NCBI GenBank assembly: GCA_039592335.1 | Contig: JBDHBX010000002.1 | Coordinates: 6,901-70,900, forward strand | From: Gemmatimonadota bacterium | Lineage (GTDB): Bacteria > Gemmatimonadota > Gemmatimonadetes > Gemmatimonadales > GWC2-71-9 | DNA: 64,000 nucleotides | Reading direction: 5' to 3' | In this document: positions 17,221 through 25,924 of the stretch, in pieces | Layout of the letters: the number at the start of each line of letters is the position of its first letter | How positions within the stretch are numbered: the first letter of the stretch is position 1 | Made by a program: the position numbers and the translations under genes | Notes under the pieces: model-generated | The model's database searches: none | Told to the model about the DNA's origin: nothing | Seen by the model: only the letters and a program-made list of their open reading frames with translations

Positions 17221-19011
17221 GTGAGCGCGATCGCTTTGCTGGTGGTGGGGCTGCTGGCGTTCTTCGCGGGGTATCGGATCTACTCACGCTACATCTCGCG
17301 GCGCATCTACCAACTCGATCCTGACTTCGTGACGCCGGCCCACGAGCTGGAGGATGGCGTGGACTACCTGCCTACGAACCGCCACGTGCTGTTCGGGCAC
17401 CACTTCACGTCGGTGGCCGGCGCGGCCCCCATCGTGGGGCCGGCCATCGCCGTCATCTGGGGGTGGTTGCCGGCGTTTCTCTGGGTGACCCTCGGCACCA
17501 TTTTCGCCGGTGCGGTGCACGATTTCGGGACGCTGTGGATCTCGGTGCGGCACAAGGGCCACTCGATCGGGACGCTGGCGGAGCGGATCGTGGGCGGTCG
17601 GGCGAAGGTGTTGTTCCTGCTGATCATCTTCTTCCTGTTGTTGCTGGTGAACGCCGTGTTCGCCGTGGTGATCGCCAACCTGTTCGTCGCCAACCCAGGG
17701 GCCGTGCTCCCGGTGTGGGGCAGTCTCGTCGTGGCGGTGATCGTGGGACTGCTGATCTACCGGACGGGCACGGGGATCCTGCTGCCCTCGTTGGCGGCGC
17801 TCGGCGTGCTCTACGTGCTCATCTGGCTGGGACCGTATGTGCCGTTCACGCTGCCCGACGTGTTCGGCTTCGCGGCCAGCGCGGCCCAGCTCCAGGCCGC
17901 CGGGGGTGACGTGGCCGCGGCCCAGGCGGCTGCCCACGTTGACGGCATGCGCGCGGGGTGGGTGATCGCGCTGTTCGTCTATGCATTCTTCGCGAGCGTG
18001 CTCCCGGTGTGGGTCCTGCTCCAGCCGCGCGACTACGTCAACAGCCACCAGCTGTTCGTGGCGCTGGGGATCATCTTCCTCGGCGTGCTCATCGTGAATC
18101 CGGAGGTCATTGCGCCGGCGGTGAACACGGACCTGCCGGCGGACGCGCCGAGCTGGTTCCCCCTGCTGTTCATTACCATCGCCTGCGGGGCGATCAGCGG
18201 GTTCCATGGCCTCGTCGCATCGGGCACGTCCGCCAAACAGCTGAACAAGGAGACCGATGCCCGCTACGTGGGGTACGGCGGGATGATCGGCGAGGGCACC
18301 CTGGCCCTGACGTCGATCGTGGCTACCACGGCCGGCTTTGCCCTGGTGGTGGGGATCGATGGCTGGCACCAGCACTACGGGAGCTGGGCGCAGGCCTCGA
18401 GCGGGGCGACGACCGCGTTCGTCAACGGGGTGGGGGTCCTGGCCGAGGGGGTCGGGATTCCGCGGCAGGTCGCGGTGATCTTCGCCGCAGTGGTAGTGAT
18501 CTCTTTCGCCGCGACCACGATGGACACGGGCGTGCGGTTGCAGCGCTACATCATCTCCGAGCTCGGTGCCCAGTACGGCGTGAAGGCGGCCCAGAACCGT
18601 TGGCTCGCCACGTTCATCGCCGTGGCGAGCTGTGCCGTGCTCGCGCTCGGGATCGATCGCGGCGCGGGCGGCATGCGGCTCTGGCCCCTGTTCGGAACCA
18701 CCAACCAGCTCACCGGCGCCCTCAGCCTGCTGGTCGTCACGCTGTTTCTCCTGAACCTCAAGCGGAAGATCTGGGTCACGGCCATTCCCATGATCTTCCT
18801 GCTGTTCATGACGACCTGGGCGATGGTGCTCAACCTGATCCGGTACTACACGGATAGCCAGGCGGTCCTGCTGGCCGTGGGCGGCGCGATCTTCGTGCTG
18901 GAGCTGTGGCTCATCTTCGAGGCGGCGGGGGCGGTGCGCCGAGCCCTGTCGGGGTGGGGTGAGGAGGCGACTCGGGCCCCCGAGGCGAGCGCGGGGGTAG
19001 GACGGGAATAG
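17221..19011 (+). CDS. cstA: Carbon starvation protein A family transporter
   Basis: 596 aa polytopic protein. GHHFTSVAGAAPIVGPAIAVIWGWLPA and ACGAISGFHGLVASGTSAKQL are CstA signatures. AGGAGG lies upstream of the GTG. Confidence 0.9.
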   Translation: MSAIALLVVGLLAFFAGYRIYSRYISRRIYQLDPDFVTPAHELEDGVDYLPTNRHVLFGHHFTSVAGAAPIVGPAIAVIWGWLPAFLWVTLGTIFAGAVHDFGTLWISVRHKGHSIGTLAERIVGGRAKVLFLLIIFFLLLLVNAVFAVVIANLFVANPGAVLPVWGSLVVAVIVGLLIYRTGTGILLPSLAALGVLYVLIWLGPYVPFTLPDVFGFAASAAQLQAAGGDVAAAQAAAHVDGMRAGWVIALFVYAFFASVLPVWVLLQPRDYVNSHQLFVALGIIFLGVLIVNPEVIAPAVNTDLPADAPSWFPLLFITIACGAISGFHGLVASGTSAKQLNKETDARYVGYGGMIGEGTLALTSIVATTAGFALVVGIDGWHQHYGSWAQASSGATTAFVNGVGVLAEGVGIPRQVAVIFAAVVVISFAATTMDTGVRLQRYIISELGAQYGVKAAQNRWLATFIAVASCAVLALGIDRGAGGMRLWPLFGTTNQLTGALSLLVVTLFLLNLKRKIWVTAIPMIFLLFMTTWAMVLNLIRYYTDSQAVLLAVGGAIFVLELWLIFEAAGAVRRALSGWGEEATRAPEASAGVGRE

Positions 19012-19155
19012 CAGCCTGCCGGGGTGGCGGAACTGGTTGCCAGTTGGTCGTTTGCGGCGTACGTTCGAAGCTCTCGAAACAGAAGGTGAACCATCCCGTA
19101 CGACCCGCCCGATCCGGTTGAATTCGGCCCGCGGGGCGAGCGGCGGTCTGGATCC

Positions 19156-19956
19156 ATGCTCGCCGAGCAGCCCCAAGCCGAGCGCGTCGCCCGCCGGGAG
19201 ATGCGGGGCCATGCGGCCGTGGTCACGGGGGGGGCGACCGGCCTCGGGCGAGCCGTCGCCCTGGAGTTTGCCCGGCGCGGCGTGAACGTCGCCTTCAACT
19301 ACATCGAACTCCCCAACCGCGACATCACCGCCCAGGCGCTGCTCACGGAGACCACCCTGCGGTCGTGTGGCGTAGCGGTCTACAGCGCTGCGTGCGACGT
19401 GCGCAATCGTGATGCGCTGGAGGAGTTCCTGGGCGCGGCGCACGCCGAGCTGGGCGGCCTGCACTACCTGGTCAACAACGCGGGGATTCATCGCGACGGC
19501 GCGTTATGGCGGCTGCCCGACAAGGCGTGGCGCGACGTGGTCGACACCAACCTCACCGGCACGTTCAACTGCATCCAGGCCGTGTCCCCGTACTTCCGGG
19601 ACCAGCACTACGGCAAGGTCGTGAGCGTTGCCTCCCACCAGGCGTACATGCCCGGATTCGGCGTCGCAAACTACGCGGCGAGCAAGGCGGCGGTGGTGGG
19701 CCTCACGAAGTCCGCCGCGGTCGAGTTGGGACCCTACAACATCAACGTCAACGCGATCGCCCCCGGCTTCGTGCGCACCGAGCTCATCGAGACCCTGCCA
19801 CCGGAGGTGCTGGAAGACGCCGAGAAGGGCGCTGTGCTGGGGCGCATCGGCGAGCCCGAAGACGTCGCCCACGTCACCATCTTCCTCTGCTCCGACGACG
19901 CCCGGCACATTACGGGGCAGGTTATCTTTGTGGACGGAGGGCTGACCCTCCACTGA
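19156..19956 (+). CDS. Short-chain dehydrogenase/reductase (FabG-like)
   Basis: TGGATGLG cofactor motif, NNAG, and the YAASKAAV catalytic YxxxK. The start is uncertain (ATG 19156 or ATG 19201). Confidence 0.85.
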   Translation: MLAEQPQAERVARREMRGHAAVVTGGATGLGRAVALEFARRGVNVAFNYIELPNRDITAQALLTETTLRSCGVAVYSAACDVRNRDALEEFLGAAHAELGGLHYLVNNAGIHRDGALWRLPDKAWRDVVDTNLTGTFNCIQAVSPYFRDQHYGKVVSVASHQAYMPGFGVANYAASKAAVVGLTKSAAVELGPYNINVNAIAPGFVRTELIETLPPEVLEDAEKGAVLGRIGEPEDVAHVTIFLCSDDARHITGQVIFVDGGLTLH

Positions 19957-20026
19957 TTCCCGCCGCCGCTCGTCGCTGCCGGCTGGTGGGCCGTCGTCAC
20001 GCACAAAATCGCAGGGAGAAACCCGG

Positions 20027-20794
20027 GTGAGCTACGACCTCATCGAACTCACGTTCAAGGAGAGCGTCGCGACCCTGACCCTCGACCGGCCACCACTCAA
20101 TGTCATGAACATTGAGATGATGGAGGAGATCAACCACGCGCTCCTGGAGCTCAAGGCGCATCCCGAGCTCAAGGTGCTGGTGATCCGGGGGAAGGGAAAG
20201 GCCTTCAGCGCCGGGGTCGACATCGCCGACCACACGCAGGACAAGGTCGCCCGCATGCTCCAGGTGTTTCACCGCATCCCCGAGACCATTCGGCTGCTGG
20301 ACGTCATCGCCGTCGCGGCGGTGGACGGCATGGCATTGGGCGGGGGGTTCGAACTGGCCATCGGGTGTAACCTGGTGGTCGCGAAAGAGTCCGCGACGTT
20401 CGCCGTGCCCGAGATCAAGCTGGGTGTGATCCCTCCCGTGGCGTGTGTGGTGCTGCCCCGGGCCGCGCCGCGCCGCAAGGCGATGGAGTGGATCCTCACG
20501 GGCAACAAGATCTCGGCCCGAGAGCTCGAGGCGCACGGCCTGGTGAACCGCGTGTTCCCCGACGACGAGTTCGAGGCCGGCCTCGAGGGCTTCGTCGGCG
20601 AGCTCACGTCGAAGTCCGGCCCCGTGCTGATGCTCGCCAAGCGGGCGCAGATGGAGTCCTACTCCTCGGGGTACGAAGAGGCCCTGCACAAAGCCGAGAA
20701 TCTGTATCTCCGCGACCTGATGGCGCTGCACGACGCCCACGAGGGCATTCAGGCCTACATCGAGAAACGGGAGCCGCAATGGCGCGACGCCTGA
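20027..20794 (+). CDS. Enoyl-CoA hydratase/isomerase family protein
   Basis: 255 aa. AFSAGVDI and AAVDGMALGGGFELA crotonase motifs. GTG start. Confidence 0.9.
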   Translation: MSYDLIELTFKESVATLTLDRPPLNVMNIEMMEEINHALLELKAHPELKVLVIRGKGKAFSAGVDIADHTQDKVARMLQVFHRIPETIRLLDVIAVAAVDGMALGGGFELAIGCNLVVAKESATFAVPEIKLGVIPPVACVVLPRAAPRRKAMEWILTGNKISARELEAHGLVNRVFPDDEFEAGLEGFVGELTSKSGPVLMLAKRAQMESYSSGYEEALHKAENLYLRDLMALHDAHEGIQAYIEKREPQWRDA

Positions 20795-21417
20795 TCCCCG
20801 TCCTCACCCTGCTCGGCGTCGTCGCCGCGTGGGGTTGCTCGTCCACGCAGGAGACCGAGGAGCCGGTCGAGCCGGTTACGGCTCCGCTGCCCACGGCCGG
20901 CCTGGCCGGGGAGCCCGTGACCGTCTATCCCCTCACACTCATCGTCGCCGAGCCCAGGCTCCAGTGGGATAGCCTGATCCGTCCCCGCGACGAGGCGCTG
21001 CAGCACGCCGACAGCCTGATCGAGCTGTTTCTCGAAGAGCGGGCGCCCGAGGCGGACTGGGTGATGCCGGCCGAGCTACGAAGAATGGCGAGGCAGGCCC
21101 CGGGCATGCTCGCCGACCCCGAACAGATGGGTACGGCCCTGCTGCGGGCGGACGGCCTCACGAAGATCCCCGATCCCCTGCGGAGCCAGATGCGCAACCT
21201 GACCGGCGTGACCGGCAACCGCTACGCCCTGGTCCCCGCGAGCCTCGCGTACTTCGCCGCCGACAGCGCCGGGGTCGCGCGTGCGGAGCTGACGATGGTC
21301 GTGGCGGAAGTGCGCAGCGGAACGGTGGAGTGGCGCACCGTGGCCCGAGGAGAGGGTGAGGACCCCTGGGCAGCGCTGTGGGACGCGCTGACGAGCCTGG
21401 TTCCCGGATTGCCATGA
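20779..21417 (+). CDS. Hypothetical lipoprotein
   Basis: [22 protein letters not shown] is a lipobox-type signal. It is in frame within track ORF 20443..21417. It overlaps the crotonase stop by 16 nt. Confidence 0.6.
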   Translation: MARRLIPVLTLLGVVAAWGCSSTQETEEPVEPVTAPLPTAGLAGEPVTVYPLTLIVAEPRLQWDSLIRPRDEALQHADSLIELFLEERAPEADWVMPAELRRMARQAPGMLADPEQMGTALLRADGLTKIPDPLRSQMRNLTGVTGNRYALVPASLAYFAADSAGVARAELTMVVAEVRSGTVEWRTVARGEGEDPWAALWDALTSLVPGLP

Positions 21418-21694
21418 CCGCACACCGCGTCACCCTCAATTCGGGCGACGGCATTGGACCGGAGATCACGGAAGCGCGGCACCGGACATTGCGGGGAAGG
21501 GCGTTGCCAACCCGTCCGCGCTGTTGCTGGCAGCCTGTCTGATGTTGGATTATCTGGAGGAGACGGCGGCGGCGGATCGCATTCGCGGCGCGCTGGAGGC
21601 GACGCTGCTGGAGGGCGCGGTGCGCACGCCGGACCTCAAAGGGAATGCTACGACCACAGAGTTCACAGACGCCGTTCTTGGGCGTCTTGCTTGA
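21414..21694 (+). pseudogene. Isocitrate/isopropylmalate dehydrogenase family remnant: N-terminal about 21 codons joined out of frame to the C-terminal about 70 codons
   Basis: ATG 21414 gives [21 protein letters not shown], a typical family N-terminus. From about 21482, a different frame reads [71 protein letters not shown] and stops at 21692-21694. The central roughly 250 codons are absent. Confidence 0.75.
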
Positions 21695-21956
21695 GCACGA
21701 GTGCCCGCGGTGCCAGCGGCCGGTGGAGTTACCGCTCGGCGAGCTTTGTGGTGCGTGTCGCCAGGCGATCGAGCGTCGGGCGAGCCGGCTCGGCCGGCTC
21801 GTGGCGCTGGCCAGCACGGTCGTCGTGGGTATCTATGTTCTGGTGCGAATGCCGGCGGAGCCCACCCCGCGATTGGTGGGCGCCGCGTCCATCGCGATCT
21901 GGTACTTGCTCACGTACCTCGTCGTGAAACGCGTGATGCGGGAGTATCTCAAGTGA
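21645..21956 (+). CDS. Hypothetical zinc-ribbon membrane protein
   Basis: [21 protein letters not shown] is a CxxC..CxxC ribbon, followed by two hydrophobic helices. The start is uncertain (ATG 21645 or TTG 21687). Confidence 0.5.
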   Translation: MLRPQSSQTPFLGVLLEHECPRCQRPVELPLGELCGACRQAIERRASRLGRLVALASTVVVGIYVLVRMPAEPTPRLVGAASIAIWYLLTYLVVKRVMREYLK

Positions 21957-21969
21957 GGCGACCTTCCAG

Positions 21970-22827
21970 GTGACATTCAGCATCGTTCATCTCTCCGATC
22001 CCCACTTCGGAAACGTGGCGGAACTGCAGCAGATCCAGGCCGTCGAGGACCTGGTGCTGGACCTCGAACCCCGGGTCATCGTGCTGTCGGGCGACATCTC
22101 ACAGCGCAGCCGCCACGGCGAGTTCCAGGCCGCGCGAGGCTTCGTGCGCGAGCTGGAGCGCACCGCCCCGGTGTTTGCCATCCCGGGGAATCACGACGTG
22201 CAGTGGTGGTGGCGTCCGTTCATTCCGTTCGGCACGCAGGCCAAGTACCGCAAGTTCACGCGCTATTTCGGCCCCGTGCTGGCGCCCACCCTCAAGGTTC
22301 CCGAGGCGGTGATCGCCAGCGCCCTCACCTCGCACGGCGTCACGTGGGGGTCGTTGACCTGGCGCGTGCGCGACCTGGCGGTAAAGGGCCACCTGCCCAG
22401 GAAGGCGATCGAGCGCGTGGGGCAGGTCTTCTCGGAGGCCGAGCCCAACCAGGTGCGCGTGCTGGTGGTGCACCACAACGTGCTGCGCGGCGAGCTCTCG
22501 CGGCGGATGGGTCTGGCCCGTTGGCGTCAGGCACAACGACGCATTCTCGAATCCGGTGCCGATCTCGTGCTCTGTGGTCACGACCACCAGGAGAAGGCGG
22601 ACATGCTGGATGGTAAGGTGGTCGTCTCCTGCGCGGGCACCCTGTCGACGCGAAGCCGAGGGAAGCGTCCCTCGGTCTTTCACCGCGTGACCATCGAGGA
22701 CGAGTCGATTCACGTGGAGCAGTATCGTTGGGAGGCGGGTCACCGCTTGTTCAAGCGGTCTGACGTCCACAGCTTCCCCCGTGTGCGCAAGCCGAATGCG
22801 GCGGAAGTCGCGGCGAGCGTGGGCTGA
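21970..22827 (+). CDS. Metallophosphoesterase
   Basis: 285 aa. HLSDPHFG, SGDISQ, GNHD and CGHDH motifs. GTG start. Confidence 0.85.
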   Translation: MTFSIVHLSDPHFGNVAELQQIQAVEDLVLDLEPRVIVLSGDISQRSRHGEFQAARGFVRELERTAPVFAIPGNHDVQWWWRPFIPFGTQAKYRKFTRYFGPVLAPTLKVPEAVIASALTSHGVTWGSLTWRVRDLAVKGHLPRKAIERVGQVFSEAEPNQVRVLVVHHNVLRGELSRRMGLARWRQAQRRILESGADLVLCGHDHQEKADMLDGKVVVSCAGTLSTRSRGKRPSVFHRVTIEDESIHVEQYRWEAGHRLFKRSDVHSFPRVRKPNAAEVAASVG

Positions 22828-23530
22828 GGCGTCGGCGCGACGCGCCGACGAAGAGCTCCTCACCCGACGACTCAGGGAACTGGGCCTTCCCGACATCCCG
22901 CGTCTCGAGATGCACGAGAATCGCACCGTCCTGGTGAGCGTGACCAAGCACGGGGCATTGCGTCTTCACCGTGGCTACGCGTACGCATCCGACCGGGTGC
23001 TGTTGGCGGTCGTCGCCTATGTCTCCCCCACTGCGGGCCCTGCCGAGCACAGGGAGGCCGAGCACGTGCTGGAGGGATTCCCCGTGGAGGAGTTCGTGCG
23101 GGCCCCCCGTCGGCGGGGCCGCCCCCGGATGCTCCGGGGCGATCGCCAGCTGCTGACCCGTCTGGAGGAGCTGCACGGCGAGTTCAACCGGCGACATTTC
23201 TCGGGAGCGCTGGGACCCATCGAGTTTCGCGTCTCCAGCCGGATGCGCACCCGCCTGGGTGAGTTGACCATCGATGTGCGCACCGGCCGGCCGACCGAGA
23301 TCGCCGTCAGCCGCCGCCACATCGAGCAGGACGGGTGGGAGGAAGTTGGGCATACGCTGCTGCACGAGATGGTGCACCAATGGCAGGCCGAGTCGGGACA
23401 GGAAGCCGATCACGGCCCCGCATTTCGCCGCAAGGCGCGAGAGGTGGGGATCGCCCCGGTGGCGAGCCGTGCCGTTGACGTGAGACCGCGATACGTGAGT
23501 GGAGATCACGAGGGAGAGGGGGCAGCATGA
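22796..23530 (+). CDS. SprT-like zinc metalloprotease domain protein
   Basis: HTLLHEMVHQWQ is an HExxH in SprT-like context, preceded by NRRHFSGAL...RMRTRLGE. The start is uncertain (GTG 22781 or ATG 22796). It overlaps the upstream gene end. Confidence 0.7.
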   Translation: MRRKSRRAWAEASARRADEELLTRRLRELGLPDIPRLEMHENRTVLVSVTKHGALRLHRGYAYASDRVLLAVVAYVSPTAGPAEHREAEHVLEGFPVEEFVRAPRRRGRPRMLRGDRQLLTRLEELHGEFNRRHFSGALGPIEFRVSSRMRTRLGELTIDVRTGRPTEIAVSRRHIEQDGWEEVGHTLLHEMVHQWQAESGQEADHGPAFRRKAREVGIAPVASRAVDVRPRYVSGDHEGEGAA

Positions 23531-24714
23531 CGTTCCAGGGCGTGGACTTCTACGACGTCGACTCGCTCTTCACCGAGGAGGAGCGCGCGGTGCGCGACAC
23601 CGTGCGCCGCTGGGTGGATGACGCGGTGATGCCGATCATCCGGGAGCACTACTTGCAGCGGACCTTCCCCGAGGAGCTCATTCCGCAGATGGGCGAGCTG
23701 GGGATGTACGGCGCCAACCTCCCTGCCCAGTACGGGTGTGCCGAGCTCAACAGCGTGGCCTACGGGCTCATCATGCAGGAGCTGGAGCGTGGCGACTCGG
23801 GGCTGCGGTCGTTTGCCTCGGTGCAGGGCGCCCTCGTGATGTATCCCATCTTCACCTTTGGAAGCGAGGAGCAGCGCAAGGAGTGGCTGCCCAAGCTCGC
23901 GACCGGCGAGGTCATCGGGTGCTTTGGGCTCACCGAGCCTGACTACGGCTCCAACCCCGGAGGGTTGATCACTACGGCGCGCGAGGACGGCGACCACTGG
24001 GTGCTGAGCGGTGCCAAGATGTGGATCACCAGCGGGTCCATGGCCCACATGGCGATCATCTGGGCCAAGACGGGGGAGCTGGACGACGTGCGTTCCATTC
24101 GCGGCTTCATCGTGCCCACCGACGCCAAGGGGTTCACGGCCAAGGACCAGGAAGGGAAGCTCTCGCTGCTGGCGAGCGACACGAGCGAGCTTGTGCTGGA
24201 AGACGTACGCGTGCCGAAGGACGCCCTCCTCCCCGCTAGCGATGGGGGCCTCAAGTGTGCCTTGATGTGCCTCACGCAGGCGCGCTATGGGATCGCGTGG
24301 GGTGGGATCGGGGCCGCCATGGCCTGCTTCGAGGAGGCCGTGAGCTACGCCAAGGAACGGGTGATGTTCGACCGCCCCATCGGCGGGTTCCAGATCCAGC
24401 AGCAGCGCATTGCCGACATGCTCACCGAGATCACCAAGGCCCAGTTGCTGTGCGTTCAGCTCGGGCGACTCAAGGATCGGGACGAGGCCACGCCGCAACA
24501 GGTCTCGCTCGCCAAGCGGAACAACGTGGACATGGCCTGTGAATGCGCGCGCGAGACGCGCCGCCTGCTGGGAGCGAGCGGCATCCTCGCCGAGTACCAG
24601 GCCATGCGGCACCTCGCCAACCTCGAGAGCGTGTACACCTACGAAGGCACCCACGACGTCCACACGCTCATCCTCGGCGAGGCGGTCACCGGGCTGAGCG
24701 CGTTCTCGGGGTAG
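23527..24714 (+). CDS. gcdH: Acyl-CoA dehydrogenase, glutaryl-CoA dehydrogenase-like
   Basis: 395 aa. GCFGLTEPDYGSNPG, WITSG and YEGTHDVH motifs, with a GCDH-like N-terminus. ATGA overlap with the SprT-like gene. Confidence 0.85.
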   Translation: MTFQGVDFYDVDSLFTEEERAVRDTVRRWVDDAVMPIIREHYLQRTFPEELIPQMGELGMYGANLPAQYGCAELNSVAYGLIMQELERGDSGLRSFASVQGALVMYPIFTFGSEEQRKEWLPKLATGEVIGCFGLTEPDYGSNPGGLITTAREDGDHWVLSGAKMWITSGSMAHMAIIWAKTGELDDVRSIRGFIVPTDAKGFTAKDQEGKLSLLASDTSELVLEDVRVPKDALLPASDGGLKCALMCLTQARYGIAWGGIGAAMACFEEAVSYAKERVMFDRPIGGFQIQQQRIADMLTEITKAQLLCVQLGRLKDRDEATPQQVSLAKRNNVDMACECARETRRLLGASGILAEYQAMRHLANLESVYTYEGTHDVHTLILGEAVTGLSAFSG

Positions 24715-24727
24715 CAGCTCCAGGCTC

Positions 24728-25924
24728 GTGACCGACGCGTCCAGGCCGCCACTTCTTCGGGATCCCAACCTTCACGTCGTGTTCGGCGTGACGCTGATGG
24801 CCATGTTGGGCGTGGCTAGCGTGACGCCCGCCTTTCCGCAGATCTCGGCGCAGCTGGATGTCACCCCGCAGTCGGTGGGGCTGTTGATCTCCGTCTTCAC
24901 CCTTCCCGGTGCCATCCTGACCCCGTTCCTGGGCGTGCTGGCCGATCGCTACGGGCGCAAGCGCATCCTGGTGCCGTCGCTCTTCCTGTTCGGTATCGCC
25001 GGCTTCGCCTGCGGCTTCGCGCGCAGCTTCGAGTTGCTCGTGGCGCTGCGCCTGCTGCAGGGGTTGGGGGGGGCGGCGCTGGGCTCGATGAACGTCACGA
25101 TCATCGGCGATCTGTACCAGGGCGCGCGCCGCACGACGGCGTTCGGGTACAACGCCTCGGTGCTCAGCATCGGGACGGCGGTGTATCCAGCCGTCGGCGG
25201 CGCCCTTGCCATGATCGGCTGGTACGTCCCGTTCTTCTTGCCGGTCCTCGCGGTGCCCGTGGGGCTGTTCGTGCTGTTCGTGCTGCAGAGCCCGGAGCCG
25301 GCAGCGCGGGCGAGTCTCGGTGAGTATCTCCGCGCCACGTTCCGCCTGATGCGCAACCGCCAGCTGCTCGCCTTGTTTGCTGCGGGTGTGGTGACGTTCA
25401 TCCTGATCTACGGCGCATACCTCTCGTACCTGCCCTTCCTCCTCGAGGGGTCGTTCGGCTTCGCCTCGCTGTGGATCGGCCTGGTCATGGCGACGACTTC
25501 GGTCGCCACGGCGATCGCGGCGTTCTACCTGGGGCGGCTGGCACGGGCGTATGGTGAGGGGCGGCTCATCAAGTTCGGGTTTCTGCTGTACGTGGCCACG
25601 TTCGCCGCGATCCCGTTCGCTACGTCGATCTGGGGCCTGCTCGTGGTCATCCTGGTGTTCGGCGCCGCCAACGGGATCAACATTCCCTCGATCCTCACCG
25701 TCGTTGCCGGCTACCCACCGGCCGAGTCGCGGGCCGCCTTCATGTCGGTGAACGGCATGTTGCTCCGTCTTGGCCAGACCCTGGGGCCGGTCGTGGCGGG
25801 GGTGGCCTTCACCCTGCGTGGGCTCAACGGGGCCTTCCTGGGAAGCGCCGCGCTCGGCGCTGCCACGCTCCTGCTGCTGCTCGCGTGGGCGCCCAACCGG
25901 GCACTACATTCTCCGGAGCTATGA
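24728..25924 (+). CDS. MFS transporter
   Basis: 398 aa with about 12 hydrophobic segments. LADRYGRKRIL is MFS motif A. GTG start. Confidence 0.85.
   Translation: MTDASRPPLLRDPNLHVVFGVTLMAMLGVASVTPAFPQISAQLDVTPQSVGLLISVFTLPGAILTPFLGVLADRYGRKRILVPSLFLFGIAGFACGFARSFELLVALRLLQGLGGAALGSMNVTIIGDLYQGARRTTAFGYNASVLSIGTAVYPAVGGALAMIGWYVPFFLPVLAVPVGLFVLFVLQSPEPAARASLGEYLRATFRLMRNRQLLALFAAGVVTFILIYGAYLSYLPFLLEGSFGFASLWIGLVMATTSVATAIAAFYLGRLARAYGEGRLIKFGFLLYVATFAAIPFATSIWGLLVVILVFGAANGINIPSILTVVAGYPPAESRAAFMSVNGMLLRLGQTLGPVVAGVAFTLRGLNGAFLGSAALGAATLLLLLAWAPNRALHSPEL

Noticed and set aside
17284-19491. 735-aa ORF antisense to cstA. Similar long antisense or alternate-frame ORFs include 43075..44952, 43392..45149, 23506..24768, 25711..27081, 6524..7702, 33193..34458, 41166..42407, 51941..53392, 53875..55107, 46019..47008, 47117..48034, 48651..49961, 56705..57856, 57784..58875, 60569..61714 and 62020..63105.
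   Set aside because: Their translations are Arg/Gly/Pro/Ala/His-rich low-complexity strings with no recognisable motifs, while the opposite strand or frame encodes clearly recognisable families. Long stop-free antisense frames are expected in DNA this GC-rich.
20330-20360. GGTTCGAA-type T-loop-like strings (for example at 20347, and TTCGAAGCTCTCGAA at 19063-19077), checked as possible tRNA genes.
   Set aside because: The first lies inside the crotonase GGGFELA coding motif. The second is only a 5-bp inverted repeat with no surrounding cloverleaf potential. No tRNA, rRNA or CRISPR repeat pattern was found anywhere in the window by eye.
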